Assembly (NCBI GenBank): GCA_049274945.1
Contig: JBASTP010000002.1
Span: 81,216 to 145,215, forward strand
DNA: 64,000 nt
Direction of reading: 5' to 3'
Source: Patescibacteria group bacterium
GTDB taxonomy: Bacteria; Patescibacteriota; UBA1384; GWA2-35-9; JBASTP01
Below are positions 44,196-53,699 of this stretch, in pieces; positions within the stretch are counted from its first letter, which is position 1; the number at the start of each line of letters is the position of its first letter. The position numbers were made by a program, and so were the translations under genes. Under the pieces are notes generated by a model that searched no databases, was not told the origin of the DNA, and worked only from the letters and a program-made list of their open reading frames with translations.

Positions 44196-45524
44196 TTACT
44201 CGATCTTTTGAGATAAGTAGTTCTTAAGGTCTTTAATCGTCACCCGCTGCTGTTTCATGGAATCGCGGTCGCGGACGGTAACCGATTGGTCTTTGAGCGT
44301 GTCAAAATCAACCGTAATGCAAAAAGGCGTTCCGATTTCGTCTTGACGGCGGTAGCGCCGGCCAATTGAACCGGAATCATCGTACTCAACATGCCATTCT
44401 TTTTTAAGATCATGGTAAATGTCCTGAGAAACTTCAGGGAGCTTATCTTTATTCACCAGGGGAAATACCGCCGCCTTGATCGGCGCAACCCGAGGATTAA
44501 AATGTAATACTTCCTCAACTTCTTTCACTGCCTTGGTGGTTACGGTCCGGCCACCCTCGACCGCTTCATAACTTTCGAGCATGAACATTAAAAGATTGCG
44601 GTCAAGTCCAGTCGAAGTTTCGATAATATAGGGAGTCAACCTCTTACCAGTTTTTTCATCGAATACCGAAAGATCTTTACCCGAAAATTTGCTGTGGCGG
44701 GACAAATCCCAATCTCCCCTATTGTGGATGCCCTCGAGTTCCTTCCAACCAAACGGAAACTTATATTCAATATCGATTGCCCGTTTGGCGTAGTGGGCAA
44801 GCTCGTCTTTGCCATGTTCATGAAATCTTAGATGATCTTTGTTAATGCCGAGCGCCAGGTAATAATCCATGCGTTGCTTTTGCCAATATGCAAACCATGT
44901 ATCAGCTTCAGTTGGATGAATGAAAAACTGCATTTCCATTTGTTCAAACTCGCGCAACCGAAATAAAAAGTGTCCAATCGTAATTTCATTACGGAATGCT
45001 TTACCTACTTGGGCGATACCAAATGGCAGTGACTTTCTTGTTGACTCTTTTACGTTGACGAAGTTGACATAAATCCCTTGAGCAGTTTCACCACGCAAAT
45101 ATGTTTTGGTCTTTGATCCTTCTACCGTACCGAGTCTGGTTTCCACAAGTAAATTGAATTGCTTGGGTGCCATGAATTCGTGGATGTGATGATCAGTTTC
45201 GTCTTTTTTCGGCGCCATATCTTGCCGGAAACGCTGGTGGCATTTTTTGCACTCAACGAGCGGGTCGGTAAAACCGGCGCCGGTATGCCCCGATGCCTCC
45301 CATACGCTCGGCGCCATGAGAATGTTGCTGTCAATGAGCACTATGTCATCTCGTTCGCGCGTCATAGTATGAATCCAGATGTCTTTAAGATTATTTTTTA
45401 GCTCAACACCAATTGGACCGTAATCATACACGCCGCTCAACCCACCGTAAATTTCAGAGGAGGGGAAAATAAACCCCCGGCGCTTGGCGAGCGAGACGAT
45501 TTGTTCCATTAAATCTTGTGGCAT
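44196..45524 (-). CDS. glyQS: Glycyl-tRNA synthetase (dimeric GlyQS type)
   Basis: IVSLAKRRGFIFPSSEIYGGLSGVYDYGPIGVELKNN, FRNEI, GLDR and SIGRRYRRQDEIGTPF are GlyRS hallmarks. Confidence 0.9.
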   Translation of the reverse strand: MPQDLMEQIVSLAKRRGFIFPSSEIYGGLSGVYDYGPIGVELKNNLKDIWIHTMTRERDDIVLIDSNILMAPSVWEASGHTGAGFTDPLVECKKCHQRFRQDMAPKKDETDHHIHEFMAPKQFNLLVETRLGTVEGSKTKTYLRGETAQGIYVNFVNVKESTRKSLPFGIAQVGKAFRNEITIGHFLFRLREFEQMEMQFFIHPTEADTWFAYWQKQRMDYYLALGINKDHLRFHEHGKDELAHYAKRAIDIEYKFPFGWKELEGIHNRGDWDLSRHSKFSGKDLSVFDEKTGKRLTPYIIETSTGLDRNLLMFMLESYEAVEGGRTVTTKAVKEVEEVLHFNPRVAPIKAAVFPLVNKDKLPEVSQDIYHDLKKEWHVEYDDSGSIGRRYRRQDEIGTPFCITVDFDTLKDQSVTVRDRDSMKQQRVTIKDLKNYLSQKIE

Positions 45525-45534
45525 GATTTAATTA

Positions 45535-45975
45535 TTAGACAAATTGAGCATTCAGTTTATCCCCTAACCAATCAAAATCTCGTTTGTTACGAGACACAAG
45601 AATTAAGTTTTGATTCATTGCAGTGGCAGCAATGATACTATCGGGTATAAATTTATATCGGAGTCGTTGCTCTTTTAACCTTCTATCACGAATTATTTGA
45701 GCCGCCGCCTCAATGTGCCAATCAACGCCAATAGTGGTAACAAAATTCTGTATCTCTAAAATTTTTGCCCGTTTTTCGGGATAGTTTGCACTATCGTGCA
45801 TCAGTAATTCAAGGATTGTAATCTTTGATATTCGGGCATCGGGATGGAGATCGTGAGGAAAATATTGATGAAATACATCACTAATGCTGCGCCATCCACG
45901 TAAATGATCAATAATCAGATCAGTATCAATGAGATATTGGGACACAACTAATCCTTTGGAATACCCTTTTCCCAA
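45535..45975 (-). CDS. vapC: PIN-domain toxin VapC
   Basis: YLIDTDLIIDHL...DSIIAATA. Lies downstream of, and overlapping, an RHH gene. Confidence 0.7.
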   Translation of the reverse strand: MGKGYSKGLVVSQYLIDTDLIIDHLRGWRSISDVFHQYFPHDLHPDARISKITILELLMHDSANYPEKRAKILEIQNFVTTIGVDWHIEAAAQIIRDRRLKEQRLRYKFIPDSIIAATAMNQNLILVSRNKRDFDWLGDKLNAQFV

Positions 45976-46217
45976 TTGCCTCTAATAGAACGAACATATT
46001 CAACACCGTCCGTAAAATTCCACTTGTTTGTGCTCGCTTGATCCAAAAATTTTGATAATCTATCAAGATTTCCTCTGGATTTTGATTGATTTGTTTTTGC
46101 CAATTTATCCACAACAAGCTCTCGAATAAAACCGGACCGAGTCTCAAAATCGCGTTTTGCGGCTTCATCAACATCTTTCAATAACTTGTCAGGAATAGAA
46201 ATCATCACCTTTGCCAT
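45948..46217 (-). CDS. Ribbon-helix-helix antitoxin (VapB/CopG-like)
   Basis: MAKVMISIPDKLLKDVDEAAKRDFETRSGFIRELV is an RHH signature. Confidence 0.65.
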   Translation of the reverse strand: MAKVMISIPDKLLKDVDEAAKRDFETRSGFIRELVVDKLAKTNQSKSRGNLDRLSKFLDQASTNKWNFTDGVEYVRSIRGNWEKGIPKD

Positions 46218-46260
46218 AATAATCTAATTCTATAATTTTTATATACTTTGTCAATACTGC

Positions 46261-47340
46261 TTAACAATTATAAACCCGTGGTAGTTCAACGGGAATGCGG
46301 GTAAGAACTTCGTGTGTGTTAGTGTCGAGCAGTTTTGCGAGATCAAGCGCCGTAATGGCTTGATTGCCAGAACCACCTATTAGGATTACTTCGTCACCAA
46401 CGGTTAGTTTTTTAGTGAGATCGGTGGCATCGATTATTGTCATTGACATTGCCACCCTACCCAGCACCGGGCAGCGCACGCCTTCAACAAGAATTGCGCC
46501 TTTATTTGAAAGGTTGCGGCTGTAGCCTTCGGCATAGCCAGCGCCCACTACCGCAACAGTGCTATCGCGCTTGGTTTTGTACGTACTGCCATACCCCACC
46601 AGCTGTCCTTTTGCCACCTGCTTAACGGAAATAATTTTTGCTTTCCAACTGAGCACGGGTTCCAGTTCGCCTGACGAAGCATCGGCAAAATAGCCATATA
46701 GGGCAATCCCCGGCCGCACGAGATCCAAGTGGCTTTCAGGAATGTTAAAAATCGCTCCGGAATTTGCGGCGTGTTTGAGGACGTTCTTGCCGAGCGTATT
46801 AGTTAAACTACGGTACTCGTCGAGTTGTTTTTTGGTATAGGGAAAGTCAGAATCACTCGAGGCAAAATGGGTAAATACGCCTTCCAAAAGTAGCTCACTA
46901 GGTAAATCGGCGAGGATTTGCGCTGCCTGTTTGGGAGCCATGCCTAACCGGTTGAGCCCAGTCTCAATTTTTAAGTGGACAAACGCCGCCTTACCGACTT
47001 TTTTGGCCGCATCGGCAAACAATTTCACGTGCGCAGGGTCGTAGAGCGTAAGGCGGAACTCACTCCTTATTGCCTCGGGCAGGTTTTCTGGCTCGGTATG
47101 GGTTAAAATCAAAATGTTACCGACAATTCCGCTATCGCGCAGGGTAGCTGCTTCATTAAAACTGGTAACACCAAACCAGCCCACCCCTTGTTCTTGCAGA
47201 AAACGGGCAACCTCAATCATGCCGTGGCCATAGGCATTGGCTTTAACAATAGCCATTACACCGCTTTTGGGCGCTTTACGCGAAATAATTTCCAAATTAT
47301 GGGCAAGCGCTTTTAAATTAATTTCGAGCCAGGTGGTCAT
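46261..47340 (-). CDS. alr: Alanine racemase
   Basis: PLP-lysine motif AIVKANAYGHG, TIM-barrel plus C-terminal beta domain. Confidence 0.85.
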   Translation of the reverse strand: MTTWLEINLKALAHNLEIISRKAPKSGVMAIVKANAYGHGMIEVARFLQEQGVGWFGVTSFNEAATLRDSGIVGNILILTHTEPENLPEAIRSEFRLTLYDPAHVKLFADAAKKVGKAAFVHLKIETGLNRLGMAPKQAAQILADLPSELLLEGVFTHFASSDSDFPYTKKQLDEYRSLTNTLGKNVLKHAANSGAIFNIPESHLDLVRPGIALYGYFADASSGELEPVLSWKAKIISVKQVAKGQLVGYGSTYKTKRDSTVAVVGAGYAEGYSRNLSNKGAILVEGVRCPVLGRVAMSMTIIDATDLTKKLTVGDEVILIGGSGNQAITALDLAKLLDTNTHEVLTRIPVELPRVYNC

Positions 47341-48077
47341 AAGAGGTTTTTCACTGTTTTAAGCTCAATTTTAGTCTGCCAGCGGAAGAAATCGTAGACG
47401 AGCTGGAAAAAGTTTTCCCCAAACCGTTCATCAGCCATAATCTTTGGCAAGATTGCCGTGTCAGAGCCCTTGAGCAATCTCAGCAATTTTACCAGTTTTG
47501 GCTCGATTGGTGTAGCGGCTGCATCTGAGCCCGCATGTTCGCGGTGGAGCAACCCGCCTTGAGCATGGGACCAAAAAAGTTCCCCTTCTTGCAGCTGCCG
47601 GTGGCAAAACAGGCACTTGTTGAGCTCGGGTGTAACCCCTTCCAGTGCTAAAAAGTTCAGTAAAAACCAAGCGGCAAGAAGGTGCCGCGGTTCGCCGGCA
47701 CTTTCTATGAAATCGAGCGCTTGTTGGAGAAGGTTAAAAATAGGCCGCTGGGCAGTCCCCTCTTCCGTCAACCGATTAACCACCTCGGCACAAAAAAAAG
47801 CCAGTTCAGTGCGTCTAAAATCGCGGTGGATCGCCGGGTATACCTTGATCGGCGCCACCTCGGCCACGGTGTAACTGGAATTGCCCTGAACAAGATGAAA
47901 CTGTGAAAGATACAGCAACTCGAGGCCTCCTGCGAGTTTCGAGAGTGTGCGGCGCACGGCTTTAGCCTTCACCGTAAGTTTGCCGGACGATTCCGAAAAA
48001 ATGGTGACGAGCCGGTCCGCCTCGTTCACGTTAGCGCGCTTTAGAATGACGGCTTGTGTTTTGAGACTGCGTTTCAT
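47337..48077 (-). CDS. recO: DNA repair protein RecO
   Basis: N-terminal OB fold (AVILKRANVNEADRLVTIFS), a Cys-containing zinc region (CLFCHRQ). 4-nt overlap with alr. Confidence 0.7.
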   Translation of the reverse strand: MKRSLKTQAVILKRANVNEADRLVTIFSESSGKLTVKAKAVRRTLSKLAGGLELLYLSQFHLVQGNSSYTVAEVAPIKVYPAIHRDFRRTELAFFCAEVVNRLTEEGTAQRPIFNLLQQALDFIESAGEPRHLLAAWFLLNFLALEGVTPELNKCLFCHRQLQEGELFWSHAQGGLLHREHAGSDAAATPIEPKLVKLLRLLKGSDTAILPKIMADERFGENFFQLVYDFFRWQTKIELKTVKNLL

Positions 48078-48807
48078 GGGCCTTTTGTGCCAGCTCCAGG
48101 TGCTTAAGGGTGTTAATGCCGATTGCTTCCGAGATATCTGTTACCGGCACGGCAATCGCCCGCTTGCCTTGCTCCACTGCTAACTCGAGCAGATCGGTGA
48201 GATAGTACTCTTTCGAGATTGGATTTTTGGCAATTTTGGGCAGGTTTTGCCAAAGAAATTTGTTTTCAACGAGCCAGGGTCCGGCATTCTTCCAATTAAA
48301 GTTCTTTCTTTGTGCAGCGGTTGTGTTTTTTTCTTCAACAATTTTAGTAACATGGCCACTTTTGTCGGTAATCAGAAGACCGAGTCCGAGATAATTAGGG
48401 GCTTTGGCTGAGGCAATGGCAAGTGTCGCACCAGTTTTTTTAACACGTTCAATCATTCGTCTCAATGTTACTACGGAAACGAGCGGATTATCGCCATTTA
48501 CGATAAAAGTATGACCAGATTTATTAGCAAGAAATTTCCGAGCTTGCTGTGCAGCATGAGCAGTACCCAGTTGGGGTTTCTGCCATACATATTGGTAATT
48601 CCTGCCCAATTCCTTCATGACTTTATCTCCGTGAAAACCAACCACGATAATGGGTCGAGAAATCGCCAAATCTTTGAGTGCCTCTACCGTACGCCTAATC
48701 ATGGGACGACCTGATAATTGGTACAAAACTTTTGGACGATCATTGGAATTGATTCTTGTCCCTTTGCCTGCTGCTAAAACAATTGCATATAAGTTTGCCA
48801 TTCCCAC
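48031..48807 (-). CDS. Sugar-phosphate nucleotidyltransferase (GlmU N-terminal-domain-like)
   Basis: AIVLAAGKGTRI and a GT-A fold signature. Lacks a C-terminal acetyltransferase hexapeptide domain. Confidence 0.6.
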   Translation of the reverse strand: MGMANLYAIVLAAGKGTRINSNDRPKVLYQLSGRPMIRRTVEALKDLAISRPIIVVGFHGDKVMKELGRNYQYVWQKPQLGTAHAAQQARKFLANKSGHTFIVNGDNPLVSVVTLRRMIERVKKTGATLAIASAKAPNYLGLGLLITDKSGHVTKIVEEKNTTAAQRKNFNWKNAGPWLVENKFLWQNLPKIAKNPISKEYYLTDLLELAVEQGKRAIAVPVTDISEAIGINTLKHLELAQKAHETQSQNTSRHSKAR

Positions 48808-48911
48808 ATTTTATACCTGTTTTTGCCACAAAAAAAGCCCTTCGACTCGGCCGCAGTAAGCGGCCTCGCTCAGGGCTTGAAAATAGGTATGGTAGGTATG
48901 GTGGGAAATAC

Positions 48912-49109
48912 TTATGATGCCTGTTCGAGGTTTCGCCGAACGGCTTCTAACTGCTTGCGAACGCCTGCTAGTCTTAACTCGAGCTGCGGTTTGTCGCAAT
49001 CGGGAACACCATTGTTTAATGCTCTCTCTATGTTAACCTGCTCACCGCAAAGGTCAGCAAACTCTCTCGTGAGAGCAAGATACCTATTGCTTAGTTCGTA
49101 ACTGTCCAT
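48912..49109 (-). CDS. Small coiled-coil hypothetical protein (65 aa)
   Basis: Start MDSYELS preceded by a GGAGGT ribosome-binding site. Low-complexity helical sequence. Confidence 0.35.
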   Translation of the reverse strand: MDSYELSNRYLALTREFADLCGEQVNIERALNNGVPDCDKPQLELRLAGVRKQLEAVRRNLEQAS

Positions 49110-49356
49110 TCCAGTACCTCCAGATTGTTCCGGTGCCAACCCTTCGACAAGCTCAGGCTAAACGAAAAACCGCCTTGTCGGCGGCCCTTCGAAAGTGAAA
49201 TGTTTTTGTGATTTCAGCAATCGCAAGGTACCGCCCTCTCATCAAGGAGAATAATGACTCCAAGAGCAAGTTTGGTTCTTACTGAATGCTTCATCACACT
49301 ATATAATTTACCGACAGTAAGACGAGTTGTCAAGTATTTTAGCGGGCGGCGAAGGG

Positions 49357-49503
49357 TGCCAGTCGAGGGTGGGTTGCTAACGCCACAGGAAGGGAGCATC
49401 CGATCACAAATTACGAATTGTGATACGGAGCGACCGCTCCTGCCCCGCGGAGCGGGGTCCGAAGGATAGAGTGCACACCCGAGGCGGTACCCGAGCCAGA
49501 CCG
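49357..49503 (-). repeat. R150 repeat family, copy C (3'-UTR element of mutM; carries an extra 24-nt hairpin insert)
   Basis: About 92% identical to copy A, apart from the insert CCCCGCGGAGCGGGGTCCGAAGGA. Confidence 0.7.
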
Positions 49504-49510
49504 CTCAAAA

Positions 49511-50383
49511 TTACTTTTGACACACCGGGCAATAGTGCGCGCTGCGGCCACCCATTTTCTTGCGCTCGATTACCCCTCCATCTTTACGCGAACACTTGTT
49601 GCCATCCTTCTGGTAGGCTTTTGCCAGACTGTAGAATGTGCCAAGCGCGCCAGAGAGGTTACGGAATGCGGAAAATGAGGTGCCGCCAGCCGCAACAGAC
49701 CAGTTGAGAATCTTTGGGGTACAACTCACAATCCTGCGCCACTCAATACCGGTAATTGTTTTTACCCGACGAAACGGATGGACTTTCGCACAATAGAGAA
49801 TCTCATCTGAATAAATATTGCCAATCCCGGCAATGAGCGATTGATCCATGAGAAATTGTTTCACCCACATACCCGGCCGCCGGGCAGCCAGCGCCGCCAT
49901 GGCTTTGACATTAAAATCTTTTGACAGCGGCTCGACGCCAAGTTCTCCACCCATTGCGGTAGCTTCCTGACCATGAAGCACCACCCGCATCCAGCCAAAC
50001 TTACGCAAATCGTTAAAATAAAGGTGGGAACCGTCGGTAAATTCAACGATCACGTGGGTATGTTTATGGGGTGGCACTTGATCGTAGACTTTTTGGGGAT
50101 GCCCGCCCACCAATCCGTCGGAGTTTGGGCCATCCTTGGTGTAAATCAGTTGTCCGGTCAGCTTTAGGTGGATAACCAGCGACTTACCATTTGAAAGCGG
50201 CACATAAAGCAGTTTAGCGCGCCGATTGACTGATTGCACTTTGGCGCCAATAATATCGTCGCCACCTACTAGAAAACTTTTGCGATGGCGCACCTCAATA
50301 TCCTTGATGGTTTTCCCAACAATCGTATTCTGGAGTCCGCGACGCAGGATTTCTACTTCTGGCAGCTCAGGCATGTTGATCAA
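49511..50383 (-). CDS. mutM: Formamidopyrimidine-DNA glycosylase
   Basis: N-terminal MPELPEVE, H2TH domain, C-terminal zinc finger CPVCQK. Confidence 0.85.
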   Translation of the reverse strand: MINMPELPEVEILRRGLQNTIVGKTIKDIEVRHRKSFLVGGDDIIGAKVQSVNRRAKLLYVPLSNGKSLVIHLKLTGQLIYTKDGPNSDGLVGGHPQKVYDQVPPHKHTHVIVEFTDGSHLYFNDLRKFGWMRVVLHGQEATAMGGELGVEPLSKDFNVKAMAALAARRPGMWVKQFLMDQSLIAGIGNIYSDEILYCAKVHPFRRVKTITGIEWRRIVSCTPKILNWSVAAGGTSFSAFRNLSGALGTFYSLAKAYQKDGNKCSRKDGGVIERKKMGGRSAHYCPVCQK

Positions 50384-50394
50384 TTATACACACA

Positions 50395-50423
50395 AAAAAG
50401 ACACCAACCATGGTGTCTTTTTT
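50395..50423. terminator. Bidirectional-looking hairpin (AAGACACCAACCATGGTGTCTT) flanked by an A-run and a T-run
   Basis: 11-bp stem. T6 on the plus strand and T6 on the minus strand. A 44-aa transmembrane mini-ORF (50434-50568, minus) lies upstream. Confidence 0.5.
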
Positions 50424-50625
50424 GTGGTTGCCGTTATTTGCTTGGTACGGCGAGCATCCACAGTCCCATGATCACCAGGTATGCCCCAACGATCGTGGTG
50501 GCTGAGTCCTTGAGCAAGAATACAAGGATCCCTGCAACCAAGGAGAGGACCGGGTGTACGTACTTCATTATGCCTCCCGGATACCCCGAAAAATTAATGA
50601 TAATTTCGGGTACCTTACTTCTAGA

Positions 50626-51930
50626 CTACAGCAGGGTTGGCTGGACTGTCAACCCTTCGACTCGACTCCGCTCGCTCACGGCATCGCCAAACACCGAAAC
50701 TTTACCATACTCACCATCGTAGCCCGGTTCAATACTAATCGTGCCCTCCCGCACGCGGCGCAGCCCCTCGATAATGCGCGGATCGAGCCGGCCCTCGAGC
50801 TCATTGAGCGGAGCATCCACCAGGAGGGCATATTCGTTACCAAAATCGCTAATAATTTTTTGGTAGCGGTCTTTGATAAATTGACTCGCTTCTCCTTTGC
50901 CCAATGCCTCTGAAATAATTTGCGATAATTGCACGAGTTTTTTGAACGGCGGGCGGGTAATGCCCGATGCTTTGGCCGCCTCCTCAACGCTGCGGTCAGC
51001 CAACGCGTCCACGCGGTATTCAACCCCCACGGTTACCGGCCGCTCACACTTGGGACAAATGCCATTCAATTCTTTTGTCTGGGCCGGCGAGAGCCGCACC
51101 TTGTGCTCGCGGTGCCCGTCCCAATGATATTTGCCCTCTTCCGGGAAAAATTCGATGGTGTAATCAATGCGCGGGGTAATTGTTGGCTTCCAAGTCTTTG
51201 CCGTCGAATTCTTAATGGCCTCAATAATCGTATCGTAACTCGGCTCCTCCATCTCAAAAATCGTGGCTTCGCGCATTAAGTTACCGCCCGAGTGGCCGTC
51301 CCCTGCTGAAACAATGGCCACATGATCGAGCGATGAAAGCCGCCAGTTCATGAGCGGGTCGGAAGACAGGCCGGTTTCAATAGCATGGATATGCTGGGCC
51401 TGATCGCCGAAACATTCCTCAATCGAATCAAATCCGGACATCGAACCAAACAGTGAAAACCAGGGGGTCCAGGCGTGCGCCGGAATAATTTCGATGCGTG
51501 GGTCAATTGATTTAAGAAGTTTCACTAAATCATGGGCCGAAATGCCAAAAATCGGCCGGCCGTCGGCATACAGGTTGCCACGCTTGCCAAGTTCTGTGTT
51601 AATTTTTGCAACCGTTTCGAGCGACGGCGCTAAAATCACGTTGTGAATGCGGCGCAACTTGCCGCCCTGGCTATAAATGCTCGAAATTTCCGAGGTTAAT
51701 ATGTAAAAAGGGCCGGTTTCGTCATCACCCACTCGCCGATATAGCCCATTTCCCAGCGGCTCGAGCTGTTTTTTTAGTTCTGCAAACCAAAGCGGGTGGG
51801 TAAAATCCGCTGAACCGATTAGACCAATCCCTTTAATTTTACTCCAGTTATAGAGACCCTCAACGTCAAGGTTTTTTGATGTGGCGCGGGAATATTTGGA
51901 ATGAAGATGGAGATCGGCAATCAGGCGCAT
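50626..51930 (-). CDS. PHP-domain protein, EndoQ/TIGR00375-like
   Basis: MRLIADLHLHSKYSRATS (PHP motif I), further His/Asp clusters, and a C-terminal zinc ribbon CPKCERPV. Confidence 0.55.
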   Translation of the reverse strand: MRLIADLHLHSKYSRATSKNLDVEGLYNWSKIKGIGLIGSADFTHPLWFAELKKQLEPLGNGLYRRVGDDETGPFYILTSEISSIYSQGGKLRRIHNVILAPSLETVAKINTELGKRGNLYADGRPIFGISAHDLVKLLKSIDPRIEIIPAHAWTPWFSLFGSMSGFDSIEECFGDQAQHIHAIETGLSSDPLMNWRLSSLDHVAIVSAGDGHSGGNLMREATIFEMEEPSYDTIIEAIKNSTAKTWKPTITPRIDYTIEFFPEEGKYHWDGHREHKVRLSPAQTKELNGICPKCERPVTVGVEYRVDALADRSVEEAAKASGITRPPFKKLVQLSQIISEALGKGEASQFIKDRYQKIISDFGNEYALLVDAPLNELEGRLDPRIIEGLRRVREGTISIEPGYDGEYGKVSVFGDAVSERSRVEGLTVQPTLL

Positions 51931-51932
51931 GA

Positions 51933-51952
51933 CCAGATGTTATCACATCTGG
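51933..51952 (-). promoter_or_regulatory. Palindrome CCAGATGT-TATC-ACATCTGG immediately upstream of the EndoQ-like start (putative operator)
   Basis: Perfect 8-bp arms, 2 nt from the ATG. Partially conserved in the duplicate at 52921-52990. Confidence 0.35.
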
Positions 51953-51999
51953 AGTGCAAAATTCAAAGTGAAAAATGGAAAGTTAATCATCAATACCAT

Positions 52000-52374
52000 T
52001 CAATTTCCTGAAGGCGCTTGAATGCTTATCACTTCTCCTTCAATATGGCCGCTTAAATCGTAATAATTATCCGATTGATCGGGAACTATCTTACCACGGA
52101 TTGTGAGTTTAGTACCGTCTCCAGCAAGATACTTTGGCAACGGCAACCCAGTGACATTTTTTAAATCATAAAATTTGCCATCCGCTGTCCTAAAACCAAA
52201 CCTACACTCCGTTGTAGTAACATTACTTTTTATCCTATGGGGCACACAAGTTGTTTCGGCAGTGATCAGGGGAATAGCAGATGACTTATTCACCTTCATT
52301 ACATAATATCCAACGAGTCCTAGCAAAGTTAGTGCAAGAATACTTCCCAGAATAATAAGTACAATACGTATCAT
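52000..52374 (-). CDS. Small membrane-anchored hypothetical protein (124 aa, start MIRIV)
   Basis: AGGGGGA ribosome-binding site 7 nt upstream. The track ORF extends upstream through the poly-G tract (FGGGGGR) only as a translational artefact. Confidence 0.45.
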   Translation of the reverse strand: MIRIVLIILGSILALTLLGLVGYYVMKVNKSSAIPLITAETTCVPHRIKSNVTTTECRFGFRTADGKFYDLKNVTGLPLPKYLAGDGTKLTIRGKIVPDQSDNYYDLSGHIEGEVISIQAPSGN

Positions 52375-52394
52375 AATATTTCCCCCTGAAACTA

Positions 52395-52445
52395 CTTTTT
52401 CCTCTACTCTACCCCCCCCCCCCCCGAAGGAATTATGCAAGGGGG
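52395..52445 (-). promoter_or_regulatory. Promoter with a 14-nt homopolymeric G tract (C14 on the plus strand, 52412-52425) in the -35/-10 spacer
   Basis: Minus strand reads TTGCAT-AATTCCTTC-G14-TAGAGT. Spacer is 23 nt. A paralogous copy lies at 53700-53745. Confidence 0.5.
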
Positions 52446-52774
52446 TACTCGCGACCGTATTTCTTGACTTCAGCAAGCCAGGGAGAATCAGCGGTTTGGT
52501 ATTCTTGCTCGGAGGCAATGTGGGCTTCAATTAAAGGAGAAATTTGAGCGGCGATAATATTCATTTTTGCCAACTCGTTGAAATCGTCTTTCTTTTCAAA
52601 CTCTGGCGAAACCACTAAAAAATCGATGTCACTCCAGTCGTGCACATCCCCTTTCGTATAGGATCCGAATAACACTAAACGAGACACCGGATACCCTGCT
52701 TGCTCAAGAACGATCCGGTAGTCTTGCGCCAGTTTAGCAATTTCTTGCTGGGTTAATTTTGGTTTAAAAACCAT
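52433..52774 (-). CDS. Minimal nucleotidyltransferase (MNT, pol-beta superfamily), toxin-antitoxin component
   Basis: LVLFGSYTKGDVHDWSDIDFLVV matches GS...G...D.D. Confidence 0.7.
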   Translation of the reverse strand: MVFKPKLTQQEIAKLAQDYRIVLEQAGYPVSRLVLFGSYTKGDVHDWSDIDFLVVSPEFEKKDDFNELAKMNIIAAQISPLIEAHIASEQEYQTADSPWLAEVKKYGREYPLA

Positions 52775-52924
52775 TGGAGTAATTCCTTACAAAATTTTTG
52801 AGATCGAGTTGCTGCTTCGCAACTTTAAAGTCCTCTTTTGCTTTTTGTTGCCAAAATTCGATTTTATCTTGTAGCTCCACACTTACATGATACGCTTTAT
52901 TAACTGATTTTAGAAGGGCCAATG
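52764..52924 (-). CDS. Short HEPN-like helical ORF upstream of the MNT gene (possibly truncated; TTG start)
   Basis: KAYHVSVELQDKIEFWQQKAKEDFKVAKQQL. The longer track ORF reads through the duplicated EndoQ-like fragment. Confidence 0.3.
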
Positions 52925-52990
52925 GAGATCGGCAATGAGACGCATGGCCAGATAGTACCACATCTGGAGTGAAAAATTGAGAGCTATTTG
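52921..52990 (-). pseudogene. Duplicated promoter/5' fragment of the EndoQ-like gene (about 85% identical to 51900-51965)
   Basis: Encodes an 11-codon remnant MRLIADLHWPF* and retains the CCAGAT...ATCTGG palindrome. Confidence 0.55.
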
Positions 52991-53682
52991 GTCTTTCGGA
53001 GTTCGTAAACCGCCCAGAAATCTTGTATGAAATCCACTGCAACAGGTTTTGCGGAATATGGATAGGTTTGAAGCGACCTTACATCACCTTCGTGAAATTC
53101 GAATAAATCACCCGATTTTCCCCCAGAATCTTGAGCAGTTTGGTCTGCCTTCTGTTTCAGTTCGATCAGAGCATTGGCCCGTGCTTTCTCTTTTAATTGC
53201 GTGATGGTTTTATCATCAAACTTCAGCTCGGGACCATTGACTCTTGATACCCCAAGAGCTGTAACCGTGTTGGCAATATCTTGCGCTTTTGCAATATCCC
53301 TGATCGTAATTTCTATTGTAGCGTTTCCTTCATAACCGTTTGCCGGGCCGCCTCCCTCTATTCCAGAATAACTCTGATTAACTGAAATTGATCCGGTTTT
53401 AATATCTGAATCGCTAACCCCTTTAGCCTTTAGCGCAGTAAGTAGTGCGGATATCTTTTCATTGGTTTTTTGACGCGTAACATCAGCGGCCTTATCTTTT
53501 TCGTTCACGTCTATTGATAATTCGGCAAGATCAGGAACGGCCTGTACTTTACCTTCTCCTGTTACGGTGATCTCCGATACATTATTGATTGAAAATTCCC
53601 AAGGACGCCAAACAATAAGACCAATCGCGATGATTGCAACAAGGATGAGCGCAAAAATTTGCCAAAAATTGAATCGCATCAT
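52984..53682 (-). CDS. SIMPL-domain (DUF541) periplasmic/membrane-anchored protein
   Basis: N-terminal transmembrane segment. ITVTGEGKVQAVPDLAELSIDV fits the SIMPL core. Confidence 0.65.
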   Translation of the reverse strand: MMRFNFWQIFALILVAIIAIGLIVWRPWEFSINNVSEITVTGEGKVQAVPDLAELSIDVNEKDKAADVTRQKTNEKISALLTALKAKGVSDSDIKTGSISVNQSYSGIEGGGPANGYEGNATIEITIRDIAKAQDIANTVTALGVSRVNGPELKFDDKTITQLKEKARANALIELKQKADQTAQDSGGKSGDLFEFHEGDVRSLQTYPYSAKPVAVDFIQDFWAVYELRKTK

Positions 53683-53699
53683 TCCCCATTTTCCCTATT

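Noticed and set aside
49254-49469. 71-aa plus-strand ORF with a strong AAGGAG ribosome-binding site running into the R150 repeat
   Set aside because: Two-thirds of it is a translation of the repeat element, and the other repeat copies are not coding. It is possibly a short real peptide but is not supported.
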